A DNA stretch of 64,000 nucleotides. Source: Eledone cirrhosa (taxonomy: Eukaryota). Positions within the stretch are counted from its first letter, which is position 1. Every line of letters begins with the position of its first letter. The stretch spans positions 96,968,001-97,032,000 of the forward strand of contig OZ024744.1 in NCBI GenBank assembly GCA_964016885.1, given 5' to 3'. The notes under the pieces were generated by a model. The model did not search any database and had not been told where the DNA came from. It saw only the letters and a program-made list of their open reading frames with translations. This document shows positions 40,172 to 56,505 of this stretch, one piece after another. The position numbers were made by a program, and so were the translations under genes.

Positions 40172-40400
40172 TATCCCGTGTTCAATCGGGGGTAACCTCA
40201 GTAAGTAAAGTACTCAATACAAAGCAGACTATATATATTTAATATAGAACGGCTTCTACAGGACTAGAAATGTTTCATTCGGGACAGATCTTCAGGAATC
40301 AGCTGTCCAAGTAATATATGGACAGCTGCTTCCTGATGATTTCTCCCGAATGAAACATTTCTAGTCCTGTAGAAGCCGTTCTATATTAAATATATATATA
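40172..40400 (-). mobile_element. Family-A fold-back element with head-to-head hammerheads
   Basis: Plus-strand HHR at 40328-40376: GCTTC-CTGATGA-TTTCTCCCGAAT-GAAA-CATTTCTAGTCCTG-TA-GAAGC. The minus-strand copy at ~40252-40300 has CTGAAGA. Confidence 0.8.
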
Positions 40401-40838
40401 TATTCATAGCTTAATGTGTTGTAACCTTATGTTACTGTTGGTTCACCAACTTGAGCACTAAATACGAAGATGAGTCCGTTTTAGTATAGTACGAGGTGTT
40501 ATACCTTTGGTGTTATACTTTGATCGGTTTCCTTCATACGCAGAGTATAATATTATATGAACAATGTTTCAAGGAATCATCATGAAGTTTATTCAGAGTC
40601 GGACCCGATCGATCCAGATTGAACCTTGAGCTGATCAACAGCGAAACGCACTGGTCCCTTCAATCTATTTTATTTCTCATTCTTTCTTCTGATGAAGGAC
40701 TAGCATCCGAATCGTTAAGACTCTCTTCCTCCTATTTGATGCGTTAAACTAATATATTCCTTCCATATACTGTACCGATTGTGTTGTTATTTCTGTTTAC
40801 CTTTTACACACACACACATATATATATATATATGCATG

Positions 40839-40892
<54 letters not shown>

Positions 40893-40983
40893 TACATGAA
40901 TCAGAGTTCTGTTCAAAAGGGTTTAAAATATATATAACTATAAAAGGTTTTAGTATATACATAACCATAAATAGTATCCTTAA

Positions 40984-41020
<37 letters not shown>

Positions 41021-41227
41021 AAATGCAGCAGGCTGTGTGGTTACTGTAAACGAAATTTAAAATGGTAATAGGGGCGAAACAAGAGCAGAAACCCTTCATC
41101 GGCCGTTAACTGCAGATCATAGATGTCTCGGCGCTTATGTATATATATATAACGCAGGATGTGTGGTAAGGAACCAGATGAACCCTAACGCACCAGAGTG
41201 GGTAATAGGAAAATGTATACATTTTCA

Positions 41228-41266
<39 letters not shown>

Positions 41267-41901
41267 ATATTGGTGTTTCAGTTTGTTTGAAATATTGGGG
41301 AATATGAATATATGGTAAATCCGAAATATTGGGACTAATATTTGACTAAGTTAAACAATCAGTCATTCATATCTTTTCAGTTTCCTCCTACTATTTTACG
41401 TGCTACCTCGCCTCTCTCTCAATGTTCTTCAGTTTTGATACCTTAGTATTTTAAATCTAAATGGACTGTAACAGCTTCCTTAACTTACCTACTTTCCACT
41501 GTCAACCATTGTGATTTTAAATGTAATCATTTATAGAAATATTTACTTTGTTTCTGTATATAGTCCTAATGTCTGTATTAATTTGTTTAACTGACCTCTG
41601 TTTATCTTTTTGATATTTGTAAAACTTTTGAGGGCGTATTCTACCGTGGCATCAGTCAATGCCATGTTTACAATAATTCTTTTAATTATCTGATGATAAA
41701 AATGTTTTTGTTTTTTTCTTTTTAGATTTTAGATATTTGACTAAAGAAGGGAAGAAACACAAAAATGAACTAATTTCTCTACAAGACAGAGAATAAAGAC
41801 AACCAATTCTGAAATTAATCCAATATTGTTTGTTTTTTAATTTCTAATAGAAGATATGTCTTATAGAAGATATGTCTATCACAGATAACTCCAATAATAA
41901 T

Positions 41902-42082
41902 ATTTGTTTCTACTTTTCGCACAAGGCCAACAATAACCCCAGTGTATTACTGGTACTTTATTTTATCGATCCCCGTAAGGATGAAAGGCAAAGTTAACCT
42001 CGGCGGGATTTGAACTCAGACCGTAAAGTACCGTAACTCTATGCTGTAAAGTAGGCGTCCCACCCTCTATTGATACTATCAA
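41902..42082 (-). mobile_element. tRNA-derived SINE
   Basis: Dominant family. Confidence 0.85.
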
Positions 42083-43358
42083 TCCAGCTACTCAGTATAA
42101 CAATAGAAGTTACCGTCATGCGTGGACTTATATTTCTAGATGCTGAGTTTCAAGCTGACCAACTTTTTTTCCAGTTAATGTCTGCTCCACTAATCTCCTA
42201 CCACTCCGCCGCCATATTGGTGCCAGACATCTTGATTACTGATGTGTTCGAGCCTTTCATCAGAAACGACGCCACTTTTAGGTTTGCGTGACTATGAATG
42301 CCTCCAGTCAGTTGCCAATTGCAGTAAACAATTGTTAATAGAGAAGCGAATAAGACTAGCACATAATTACAACATTCGTGGGGGAAACCATCTGGTCCTG
42401 ACGATTATTCCATCTGACAAACACGTAACATGGCCACTGCTTCATCTGAGAAAATCGCTTTTTGGCAGCAATCTACATCTTTGGACAAGAGTCAGTCACG
42501 ACATCCCGTTATTAATACCACTTCTTATTAATAATTGCACACTTCAATTTCCGCTTAACTAACTGGCTAATTCAGTCCTTGAAGTCTGTGTTTGTCGTGA
42601 TGTATACAACTTCTAGTACTCTGTTTATTAGTAGTGTCTAAGTTTCCAATATAGATCACGAATTAATGGCCTGTATAGAAAACTATCCGAAACTTACGCG
42701 ATAACTATCGGTTAACCTAATGAAAACTCCAAGTATAACCTGGATGATCCATTGCAGTTTGTCTAAGTTGATAATCCTGCGTTCAAGAAATCCAGGCGAT
42801 GCTTATCGGGTGATCAGAATTGCATGGGTAGATTTGCGAAAGTTTTATACCTACATCTACAATTTACTCCCACACAACCCCTACGTGTGTCTAAGCTACT
42901 ATTTCAGTGGTCTATTGATACCGGTGAGCTAGATGTTCCTATTGAAACCTCTATACGTTTGAAGAAATCTGGTCTTCCAGACCATACCATACCATATCAT
43001 GCCATACAATACCAATTTTCTCCAATCTCTTTTAATTCTTAACACTCTGCACTACAGGAAACTACATTTAGCAACAAATTCTTGAAAAAAAAACCCAGGA
43101 ATTTAGGATTTTTTTTTTCCTGGTAATGCCTCAGGTACCCCACCAAATTCTTTACATTGGGATTCTTTCCAAATTTCCTCATAATTCATGACATATGGAG
43201 ATCATGTCGGGAGTTCTATATTAGAAATTGACCTCCTTTTGTCCCTGGGAAAAATTATTTTATTATATTATTGCAATATATTAAGACGGTTGTCTGTGTA
43301 TGTATATATGTATGTATGTATGTGTGTATATGTGTATGTATGTATGTATGTATGTATG

Positions 43359-43392
<34 letters not shown>

Positions 43393-43440
43393 TGTGTATA
43401 TGTATGAATGTATGTTTGCATGCATGTATGTATGTATGTC

Positions 43441-44045
43441 AGGTCACCACTTGGCGCTACTGGTAACATGTATCCCAGTACAACCTGTCTCATGGTCGGG
43501 TCGTTGGCGACTAAACTGGCAACCCCACCAAGGTTTCTTGGTGAGGGGGTGACTTTGGACATCCTGCAGGACTAAAAACAAAACCTGTCAAAGGGCAAAG
43601 GAGCTCTTAAGAGTCAATGGCCATCCAAAATCACCGGGAGAGATGACCCCTTAGCCTTTGTCAAGGCAGAATTCTAGGAGAAGGAAAACTCTGATATAAC
43701 ACCTGCAACCCTGATGGTATCCAATGATGTTGACTTGTTCTTCTTTTTGGTAAATATCATCTTGGTTAAGAGAGTGGGACTGGCTTTGTGCAGTGCCTTT
43801 GCTCACTATAAAAGCTTCACGGCACAGGCATTGCTTTATATCTGGAGATCTCTCTGCACTTGTCGTCACATGGTACCAAAGGCAAAGCACTATGTGTCAA
43901 TAATTGTCACAAGTGTAGTGTTTGTACCAGAGTTTTCAAGTCGCTGGGTGTACTAAAAAGTCACACTCGTTCAACGCATCGCTAGGGGTTCTCCTACATG
44001 GATATAAAGTAGTGGCCGTACTCAAAAACGAGTTGGCAGCCACCA
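43441..44045 (+). mobile_element. ~600-bp non-autonomous LINE derivative (RTE-like) in (ATGT)n
   Basis: Inverted copy of 35966-36555. Its 5' part resembles 53370-53570 (GACTAAAC.GGCAA...GGTGAGG.GG..GA..TTGGA). A diverged relative lies at ~44185-44478. Confidence 0.7.
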
Positions 44046-44479
44046 TGTATGTATGTATGTATGTATGTATGTGTGTATGTATGTATGTAAGTGTATATGT
44101 CTGAATGTATGTATGCTTGTATGTATGTGTCTGTATGTATGTATGTATATATGTATGTATGTGTGTGTATGCATGTATGTACGTCATTACGACATTTCTC
44201 TAAGAGAAGGTCACTCGGATATAAAACCTGTGACTTCGTTTGCATCCAATGATGTAGAGCAGTTTTTCTTTTTGGGGCAAATCCATTCGATGTTCAGAGA
44301 GTGAGATTGGCACCGCGCAAAGCCTTTCCCCACTTAAAAAAAAGCTTCGAATACAGGCATCGCTTGATATATGACATTTATTGCGATGCATTGCTGGGCA
44401 TAGATACGTCCATCCGTGTGGCTCATGCTTAAGTATCAAGCGATGGCATTACTCGAAATGGACCTGCAGCCATCATCAT

Positions 44480-44664
<185 letters not shown>

Positions 44665-44805
44665 TGTGTGTGTGTGTGCGTGTGTGTGTGTGCGTGTGTG
44701 TGAGTGTGTGTGTGTGTGCGTGTGTGTGTCTTTTGGGGGGGGGGGGGTAAATTCTATTGCATTGTTCGCTGAGATATTTCAGAAAAATAATGGATTTGCA
44801 TGGAG

Positions 44806-46350
44806 TTTGTTGTTGCTGTTGTTGTAGTTGTAGATGTTAGTTTGTTGCTGTTGTTGTAGTTGTAGATGTTAGGTTGTTGCTGTTGTTGTAGTTGTAGATG
44901 TTAGGTTGTTGCTGTTGTTGTAGTTGTAGATGTTAGGTTGTTGCTGTTGTTGTAGTTGTAGATGTTAGGTTGTTGCTGTTGTTGTAGTTGTAGATGTTAG
45001 TTTGTTGCTGTTGTTGTAGTTGTAGATGTTAGGTTGTTGCTGTTGTTGTAGTTGTAGATGTTAGGTTGTTGCTGTTGTTGTAGTTGTAGATGTTAGGTTG
45101 TTGCTGTTGTTGTAGTTGTAGATGTTAGTTTGTTGCTGTTGTTGTAGTTGTAGATGTTAGGTTGTTGCTGTTGTTGTAGTTGTAGATGTTAGGTTGTTGC
45201 TGTTGTTGTAGTTGTAGATGTTAGGTTGTTGCTGTTGTTGTAGTTGTAGATGTTAGGTTGTTGCTGTTGTTGTAGTTGTAGATGTTAGGTTGTTGCTGTT
45301 GTTGTAGTTGTAGATGTTAGTTTGTTGCTGTTGTTGTAGTTGTAGATGTTAGGTTGTTGCTGTTGTTGTAGTTGTAGATGTTAGGTTGTTGCTGTTGTTG
45401 TAGTTGTAGATGTTAGGTTGTTGCTGTTGTTGTAGTTGTAGATGTTAGGTTGTTGCTGTTGTTGTAGTTGTAGATGTTAGGTTGTTGCTGTTGTTGTAGT
45501 TGTAGATGTTAGTTTGTTGCTGTTGTTGTAGTTGTAGATGTTAGGTTGTTGCTGTTGTTGTAGTTGTAGATGTTAGGTTGTTGCTGTTGTTGTAGTTGTA
45601 GATGTTAGGTTGTTGCTGTTGTTGTAGTTGTAGATGTTAGTTTGTTGCTGTTGTTGTAGTTGTAGATGTTAGGTTGTTGCTGTTGTTGTAGTTGTAGATG
45701 TTAGGTTGTTGCTGTTGTTGTAGTTGTAGATGTTAGGTTGTTGCTGTTGTTGTAGTTGTAGATGTTAGGTTGTTGCTGTTGTTGTAGTTGTAGATGTTAG
45801 GTTGTTGCTGTTGTTGTAGTTGTAGATGTTAGGTTGTTGCTGTTGTTGTAGTTGTAGATGTTAGGTTGTTGCTGTTGTTGTAGATGTTAGGTTGTTGCTG
45901 TTGTTGTAGTTGTAGATGTTAGGTTGTTGCTGTTGTTGTAGTTGTAGATGTTAGGTTGTTGCTGTTGTTGTAGTTGTAGATGTTAGGTTGTTGCTGTTGT
46001 TGTAGTTGTAGATGTTAGGTTGTTGCTGTTGTTGTAGTTGTAGATGTTAGGTTGTTGCTGTTGTTGTAGTTGTAGATGTTAGGTTGTTGCTGTTGTTGTA
46101 GTTGTAGATGTTAGGTTGTTGCTGTTGTTGTAGTTGTAGATGTTAGTTTGTTGCTGTTGTTGTAGTTGTAGATGTTAGGTTGTTGCTGTTGTTGTAGTTG
46201 TAGATGTTAGGTTGTTGCTGTTGTTGTAGTTGTAGATGTTAGGTTGTTGCTGTTGTTGTAGTTGTAGATGTTAGTTTGTTGCTGTTGTTGTAGTTGTAGA
46301 TGTTAGGTTGTTGCTGTTGTTGTAGTTGTAGATGTTAGTTTGTTGCTGTT
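44806..46350. repeat. 32-bp tandem satellite (~48 copies)
   Basis: Unit GTTGTTGCTGTTGTTGTAGTTGTAGATGTTAG with one G/T variant position. It grades into a GTT/GCT microsatellite that extends to ~46840. Confidence 0.95.
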
Positions 46351-46464
46351 CTTTTCATATCTATACGGGTTGTTGTATTTTCTTTTCATATATTCTTTTT
46401 TTGTTTTGTTTTGTGCTGGTTGCTGTTGTTTCTGCTGCTGCTGTTGTTGTTGTTTTTCTATTCG

Positions 46465-46498
<34 letters not shown>

Positions 46499-46670
46499 CT
46501 GCTGCTGCTGTTGGTGTTGTTGCTGTTGTTGTTTCTGCTCATGGTGTTACTACTGTTGTTGTTTCTGTTCATGTTATTACTGCTGCTCATGTTGTTGCTG
46601 CTGCTGCTACTGTTATTGTTGCTGTTGTTATTATTGCTGTTGCTACTGCTGTTGTTGTTGCTGTTGTTGA

Positions 46671-46702
<32 letters not shown>

Positions 46703-46753
46703 TCGTCGTCGTCGTTGTTGTTGTCCCTCTTGTTGTTTTTGTTGTTGTTGCCT

Positions 46754-46796
<43 letters not shown>

Positions 46797-47430
46797 CTTT
46801 GTTGTTGCTGTTGGTGGTGATGTTGTTGTTGTTGGTGGTGGTTTAGCTGCTCTGAGTGTTGATGTATTAACAGAATCATAACAACATCAGACCAAGTACT
46901 CTGAAGCAAGTATTTACGAACCTTTACGTTCTGAGTTTAAATCCGACCGAGATCAAGTTTGCGTTTCAATCCTTCCAGGATCAATAAAATAAAGTACCAG
47001 TTAAATAATGGGCTTACCCTTCCCCATAAATTGCTGACCTTGCGCCTAAATCAGTTATCATTTATGTCAAAACGCTCTTTTAGATTTTTGGGAGAATTTG
47101 GCCCCCGAAACTTTTGGGTGGTGGGGTTGGTGTATGACTTACAATTTTCATTTATCTCACCTAATAACTGTTTCTACTTTTTGGCACAAGGCCAGCAATT
47201 ACCCCAGTACATTACTGGTACTTTATTTTATCGACCCCCCATAAGGATGCTGCAAAGTATGGTGTCTGATGCTCTACCAATATGCGAATGATAAAGATAT
47301 TACTTATGCCCTTTTGATATCATTTGTATGACAATTCATTGTAAAATGTGTTTATTACCAAATTTTTCCTCAGGTGCCAGGTTTACATTCAGCATGATTC
47401 GGGAAGGAAGCAGAATTCAAAGGAAGTTTC

Positions 47431-47517
<87 letters not shown>

Positions 47518-47518
<1 letters not shown>

Positions 47519-48258
47519 GGCTACAGAAGGAATGTTAATGGCTGCGCAGGAGCAGGCCCTCAAAACGAAGTGGTTGAAACACCACATTTACAAGGAGGAG
47601 GCTAGCCCACTGTGCAGGATCTGTGGAGAGAGAGAGGAGATTGTGGCTCACATTGTATCCGAGTGTAAACACCTAGCCCAGACCCACTATAAGGGCTGGA
47701 GACATGATGTGATGGGCAGGGTGATCCACTGGCACCTGTGCAAAGTAAACAATTTACCACATTCTGAGAAATGGTATGAGCATAGGCCAGAGGCGGTGAT
47801 GGAGAACGATCAGGTGAAGGTGATTTGGGATTTTAGGATACAGACGGACAAGAAACTGGAACACAATAGACCTGACCTGGTGGTTGTGGACAAAGAAAAA
47901 AGAGCGTGTCTGATTGTGGATGTGGCCTGCCCATTCGACACGAGAGTGCAAGAGAAGGAGAGGCAGAAAATTAACCGATACCAGGACTTAAAGTGGGAGG
48001 TAAAAAGGATTTGGAACTGCAATGAAGTCAAAGTGATCCCGATTGTCATAGGCGCACTGGGGACTATCTCCAAAAGTTTCCAGGGATGGTTAAAGAAAAT
48101 CGGCTCCTTCACGCTTTTTGGAACGCTTCAAAAGGCATGCTTGCTGGGAACAGCAAGAACCCTCCGATACGTCCTGAATATCTGAGGCTGCAGGTAGTGG
48201 CTTGATATTCATTCCAACGGACTTTCCAGTTAACCAACATCAATGACTGAGATTCAAG

Positions 48259-48260
<2 letters not shown>
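47518..48260 (+). mobile_element. 5'-truncated R4/Dong-clade non-LTR element (restriction-like endonuclease) in (TAA)n
   Basis: Translation AAQEQAL..CRICGEREEIVAHIVSEC..RHD..WDF..D....NRPDLVV..IVDVACP..K..RYQDL..PIVIGALG. The stop is at 48185. (AAT)n lies on both sides. Confidence 0.9.
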
Positions 48261-48338
<78 letters not shown>

Positions 48339-48339
48339 T

Positions 48340-48490
48340 TTGTTTCTACTTTTGGCACAAGGCCAGCAATTACCTCAGTACATTACTGGTACTTTAATAT
48401 GTCGACCCCCGTAAGAATGAAAGGCAAAGTTAACCTCGGACGGGTTTTGAACTCAGACCATAAAGGGCTGTAACTCTATACTGCCAATCC
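48340..48490 (-). mobile_element. tRNA-derived SINE
   Basis: Dominant family, with an internal deletion in the head. Confidence 0.8.
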
Positions 48491-50142
48491 ACCATAATAA
48501 TGGTTTTCATTTATTGACACAAGGGCCGACATATAGGGGTAATGATAATAATGAACAAATGCCACCCAAAACACACTCACGCCTACACCACTCCACACAC
48601 ACACGCAGTATATACTCTACGTCAAATATACTCAATAGGTAGCCGTATAGCCCCAGCTGTGTTTTAGAGACCAAATATTTCTTTTTTTTTTAATGGGACA
48701 TTTGGTGGTGGTGGTGGTGGCGGCGGTGGCGGTGGCGGTGGTAGTTGTGGGAAGAGGGTATTCCAGAAGCTTCTGAAGATCTCACACGCAAATAAATTGG
48801 ACATTTGGAGATGGTAGTGGTAGTGGTTGTGTTGCTGGTAGTGTTGGTGATGGTGGTGTTGGTGGTGGTGGTGGTGGTGGTAGTGGTGGTAGTGGTGGTG
48901 GTGGTGATGGTGATGGTATGATTGTTGTTGTTCCAGAAGCTTCTGAGCATTTCTCATACACGCAAATATAAACTGCCATATATATATTTAGAAATATACT
49001 TGTCATAAAATCCTCATATTTCATTCTTTGTGCTAATTCAACAACATACATATTGAACATTATTACAATAGTTCACTACGATGTACTATATAGCTACTAA
49101 AACTAAACTAAAATACAAGACAACTCACATAAAAAACAATAGCATTTAACAATGTTTATGGAGACATTTGGCTACAAAAGAAGAGCAAAAGAATGCGACA
49201 CTGGATATCCTAAAGTTAGTCGCTAACGTCTGTACATCTTAGTGCATTTTATTTCTATTTTTCTTCTAACCTATGGTACGAGATGTTTTTATTCTCGTGT
49301 CACATTCTATAAAGGGGGATAAGCAACTTTTGCGTTTAGAGAAGACTTTAGTGTAGCATACAGAATCTAGAGATGGATGTATATACTTACATAGTTGCGT
49401 TCTCTCTTTCTCTCTATCTATATATATAATAAAAAAAAAAATATGCATAATAAAAATAGTAGTAACAAAATCAGTTGATATTGATAAAATGGAGTCACAA
49501 AAGACCCTGCAATATATACAACTGGAAAACTTTTTGAAACGTGTTATGAAATAACTCAGAAATTAAGATCATTCGGTATATTATCTAATCTGATGGTTTA
49601 TCGTCAGTTAAAAAAAAGATATTCCACATCGTTAGATGTCAATGACAATATAATAAGCTATATCAAAACATCAGTCATCAGCGAGTCTACAGTCATTCGA
49701 CTTCGCTTTTGTAGATTAAAAGGTATTGTGACTTGAAATAGTATAGTTACATATTATGAGGATTTTTAAAGAGAAAATGGGACAATGTTCAGAGGCCTCC
49801 AATATTTGTGTATATATTCGATATTCGAGTTGAATTTGTTTACCTTTTTTCTTCTCTGTTTCTTCTTTTTTTTCCTCTCACTCATAGTCTTTTGATAGAT
49901 AAAAGCTATGGACGCGGTACGGATAGATGTATAGTTAATAATTGTTTCTACTTTTGGCACAACCTGACCCCCACCCCCCACCCCCACCCGGCCTTTGTTT
50001 GAAGAACTTTGTAACGCGAACTGGCGCGAAATTTATTATACTCATTCACCAAACAATCAAATTACTTCTCTAAAAATCTGGCATTTCGAGCCACTTTTTT
50101 CCATATAAAAAAAGTAACATTCAAAGACCAACCAGATGTGAG

Positions 50143-51960
<1,818 letters not shown>

Positions 51961-52045
51961 GATTTCATCTCTTTTTCTTTATACTTTCACTCGTGTAGGA
52001 CACCTCGGTTATTTTTCATTTTGTAAAAAAAAACCTCACTTTCTA

Positions 52046-52076
<31 letters not shown>

Positions 52077-53687
52077 CCTTTATGGTCTGAGTTCAAAATC
52101 CCACCGAGGTTAACTTTATATATGTAAAAACTAAGATAATTTCATTGCTATATCATTAATTATTTAAGTGGATTACAGATCTTAGCAGGTTTCTATTCTT
52201 GATTACAGATTAACCATGGCTTGAGCTATGGTGAAGAAAAATGTCAGCAATATTGTATTGAATATCCATCTGACCTACAGTATTATGCCATCACCATATG
52301 ACATTACATACAAAACCAATTTGTCTCATGTGTATGGCAGCACTTTCTGTTGACAGCATTGCAGCCTTGTTAAGCAGATAAATCATTTTGAGACAAATCC
52401 CAATAACAAGAAAGAAGACAAATCACCAGAATACATTAAAAACATTACGTGGTGATTTCCGAGCAAGGAGAACATTGATTCAAACGAGTATCTGAAGTAA
52501 ATAATAGTCTACTCGCTTGTATCCTACCATCGTCGAATTGACAAGTCATTAGAACGTCAGATAGAATACTTTGCGGTAATCGTTTCGGTTCTTTGCTCTT
52601 TGGGTTCAAATCCCGCTGAGGTCAACTTTTTGTCTTTCATCCATTCGAGGTCGATAAAGTACCAGTTTTTCAAGGATGAAAGGCAAAGTTAACTTCGGCG
52701 GGATTTGAACTCAGATCATAACATAAAAGGCCGTAACTTTTTTTTTTTTTTTTTTCGTCGGATAAAATGCTTTGCGTTATTTGTTCCGTCTCTTTGAAAT
52801 CTGAGTTCGAATTCTGCTGAGATCAATTTTGCCTCTCATCCATTCGAGGTCGATAAAAAATAGTGGGTCGATTCTTCCTCTATACCTCTTTCTCACTTCC
52901 TCTCTCTCACTCTTTCTATCCTTCACTAAAAGACATTTGCTGTATTCAGACCTGGAGAGAGAAGATGGTCTCTGCTAGGTGTAAAAATGCTGCAAGAAAC
53001 GCCATATGTCAATATGGCGACCCTACGAATCCCTCGGCAGTTACAGGACCATGCCATGTTATGTGTATGTGTGTGTGTGTATGACAGCTCACACCTATGC
53101 AGGTTTAGCTGGCCTCCTCTAAGGTATATCTCGTTGGAGGTGTCTTGGGTGATTTAATGATAGGGACCCCAGTCCCTATCATCTCATTTCCACAGCTGAG
53201 TAAACTGAAGCAATGTGAAATAAAGTGTCTTGTTCAAGGAAACAACACATCACCCGGTCCAAGAATTGAACTCACAACTTTTCGATTGCAAGCCCAATGC
53301 TCTAACCACTAATGCCATGTTATGCATCCTACTACATTTATTAATGCCAGTTCGCTCTCAATCGTTATTGGGAACATGTATGTAACGCAGTACAATCTGA
53401 CACATAACTTGTTCGTCGGGGACTAAACCGGCAAGACGCACCAAACTCGATTGGTGAGGAGGGTGATATTTGGATACCCTCGTGGGATAGAAAATAAAAC
53501 CCGTCAAAGAGTGGGGAAACTCGGAAGAGTCAACAACCGTCCAATGGTTTGAAAAGAAAGATCACTCTGATTTCAAAACTGGGATAGATGGAACTCCTTA
53601 AGTGACTTTATTGAGAACCTTTCAGGTCGCCAACAGTGACGAGGATTCGCAACCGACCTGGATCCATTATTTACCCATGGCAGGGGA

Positions 53688-54990
53688 TTTGCAGTATCGG
53701 TAGAGGGTCGGACGCCATGCTTTCCAGCATAGTTACGTCCCTTTATAGTCGAGTTCAAATCCCGCCGAGGTTGACTTTGCCTTCCATCCTTACGGTATCG
53801 ATAAAATAAAGTACCAGTAATGTACTGGAATAATTGCTGGCCTTGTGCCAAAAGTAGAAACAATTATTTACTCAGGGCAGTCGATTGGCAGTATCGGTAG
53901 AGGGTCGGACGCATGCTTTGCGTCATAGTTACGTCCCTTTATAGTCTGAGTTTAAATCCTGCCGAGGTTAACTTTGCCTTTCATGCTTACGGGGTCGATA
54001 AAATAAAGTACCAGTAATGTACTGGGGTAATTTCTGGCCTTGTGCCAAAAGTAGAAACAATTATTTACCCGATGAGAATTATAAACATACAACATGTAGA
54101 CTAGCAGTAGTGTAATTGCCGATGGTCCTCAGCAATAAAGAAATGAAGAGGCCTAACGAGCTTATATACACAGGGTGGCCACTGAAAAGATTGTTTGTTT
54201 TCAATCTATTTTCTTTTCTTTCTTTTTTTTTATAGAGCATCCCTTGTTGTTTTTCACACATAATACTAGAAAAAATCCATTACTTATATTTCCAAATAAA
54301 ATAATAAAAAAATTAAAAAACATGTGTTTGAAAAAATTATTTTTGTTTTATATCATTCAGTCTTTCAGTGGCCCCACCCTATCTAATATTATTGAGTTCA
54401 AATCCCGCCGAGGTTAACTTTGCTTTCATCCTTACGGGGTTGATAAAATAAAGTACCAGTAATACTCTGGTGGGTAATTGCTGGCCTTGTGCCAAAAGAA
54501 GAAACAATTATTTACAACTACAGGTAAGTTACATAATATTTGTGAGACTTTAATTTTTCTGGTGATATCTGGTGTGATTTCAAATGTCATGAGGTACAGT
54601 GCACAGTAAATTATTATGGTTATCATTTGAAAAATATATCAGTAATAAATGAAATTTTGAAAGATGCATAAAAATAACTAACTAGTCTATTCAAAATGGA
54701 GCGGTTAAACCTGAAAATTGATAAATACATTTTAAGCCTTTCTGCTAGCGTATGTTTTGTTTTGGGTGGTATTCAGCGCTACTTTAAAATTATTTTTATA
54801 CAAGACATGACAGATCTAGAAAGGGAAATTCATTTTTCATGACGCTGTGGTTCATGGACGGCCCTTTATAATCTGAGTTCAAATCCCGCAGAGGTTAACT
54901 TTCCCTTTCATCCTGACGGGGTCGATAAAATAAAGTACCAGTAATACACTGGTATAATTGCTGGCCTTGTGCCAAAAGTAGAAACAATTA
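53688..54990 (+). mobile_element. Cluster of four same-orientation SINE copies
   Basis: Copies at ~53688-53866, 53886-54063, 54392-54510 and 54860-54990. Confidence 0.85.
54170..54382. mobile_element. Tc1/mariner-like MITE
   Basis: Imperfect TIRs CAGGGTGGCCACTGAAAAGATTG and CAGTCTTTCAGTGGCCCCACCCT flank an AT-rich interior. Confidence 0.6.
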
Positions 54991-55448
54991 TTTTTCATTT
55001 TATTTTAAATCTCTTGCTTCTAGTTTGCCTTCCGTTTATTTTTTATCTCTCTGTCTATCTTGTTTTGTTTCTTACTAGCACTATAAATACGTTTAAATTG
55101 ATTAGATAAATATACCCACGACAATTGTCCAGTCTAGAAATGTAACTAAGAATGGTGCCTCTAAGGTAGATTGATAAAACAGGTCCACTGCTTATTTTAA
55201 AATAGCGTGGAGTCTACTTGTTGCATATATTACGTGATCCGCTCTCAACATTTATTTACAAAAATTTATGAAGGTGTCTACATCTTTTAAACTTTACCAT
55301 TTTAGGGAACTTTGTGACAAACATAAAGAAGAATTTCAACGCTTACTGATATTTACAGAGGCTCGATGGTATCACAATTTATTATCTTTATAATGTTGTT
55401 TCATTATGAGATAGTATTGCTGTGGTATTTATAAAACATGTGTATATA

Positions 55449-55531
<83 letters not shown>

Positions 55532-55560
55532 TTATTTATACATATTTATATATATATATA

Positions 55561-56006
55561 TACTAGCAGAGGTACCCGGCGTTGCTCGGGTATTAAATAG
55601 CAGTTGTGTATACCATTTATGTCAATACTTCAGTGCTACTTCGAAAACTATACTTTTACAAAATCAACGGCTTTTTCCAAAAGAGGTTTCCTGCCCCCAG
55701 GGGTCCCCTACTCAATATGTGCCAAATCTGAGAGTTCACATTCATTTGTAGGACAAACGTAGCCCATGCGTCAAGTTTTGTTTAAATCGGTTGCAAACTC
55801 CAGAAGTTATGACGTTTTGTTGCATTGCACTGCAGTGCTTCAGTCGACTCCAAGGAAGTGGTTAAAGGGGGTTATCTGCCGGGGGACCCTATAATCAATA
55901 TCTGGAAAAATGAAAGTGCCCATGACCATCCGGAGTACATAAGTAACCTATGTCTTAAGTTTGGTGAAAATACTGTAGAAATGCATAAGGTTTATACACG
56001 CGCGCG

Positions 56007-56100
<94 letters not shown>
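55561..56100. mobile_element. Possible Helitron/Helentron-type non-autonomous element
   Basis: Begins TACTAGCAGAGGTACCCGGCGTTGCTCGGG (subterminal hairpin) next to (TA)n, has internal AAGTTTTGTTTAAATCGG and AAGTTTGGTGAAAAT motifs, and ends in a microsatellite. The family resemblance is from recall only. Confidence 0.45.
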
Positions 56101-56103
<3 letters not shown>

Positions 56104-56252
56104 GTGTGTGTGTATGGGGGGGTATGCATTTGTGTGTGCGTATGTATGTGTATGTCCGTCGGGGCATACTTGTGCACTGGCCTAAATCTTCACTATTTAC
56201 TTTTACTATTTTAATATCATCTGTCATTTTCGTTTTCAATTTTATTTACATC

Positions 56253-56505
56253 ATTCTTAAACTCCGGGGCTGGAAATCATTCTGTTATTTTAAATAAAAT
56301 ATTAGTCTAACGACTCCATTTACACCATAAACTTGGTCTTGTCTTTGCATGAAATTGTTCTTCTCGATCCACATAACGACGTATTATCCTCGCTTTTTTT
56401 CCCGTTCATTGCCAGGGAACGTCTTCACGAACCAAAATATCGTCTTCCTGTTTTCGTTCGGTTGGAACGTTTCTCTAAATATTTACTTCTGCGTTCACAG
56501 ATTAC
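56253..56505 (+). repeat. Diverged copy of the Penelope pLTR-associated sequence
   Basis: Aligns by eye to 20140-20170 and 20348-20527. Confidence 0.7.

Noticed and set aside
41725-41800. Possible terminal exon (polypyrimidine-AG then YLTKEGKKHKNELISLQDRE*)
   Set aside because: Too short, with no recognisable homology or supporting upstream exons. RNA-seq is needed.
43441-43540. Possible HDV-like ribozyme at the 5' end of the RTE-like element
   Set aside because: Hairpins are present but I could not build the nested double pseudoknot by eye. A descriptor search is needed.
44806-46350. 32-bp repeat array as a possible CRISPR
   Set aside because: The units are contiguous with no spacers, the sequence is low-complexity, the context is eukaryotic, and there are no cas genes.
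52200-52500. Coding-like unique sequence
   Set aside because: All three plus-strand frames hit stops within about 45 codons, and I recognise no motif.
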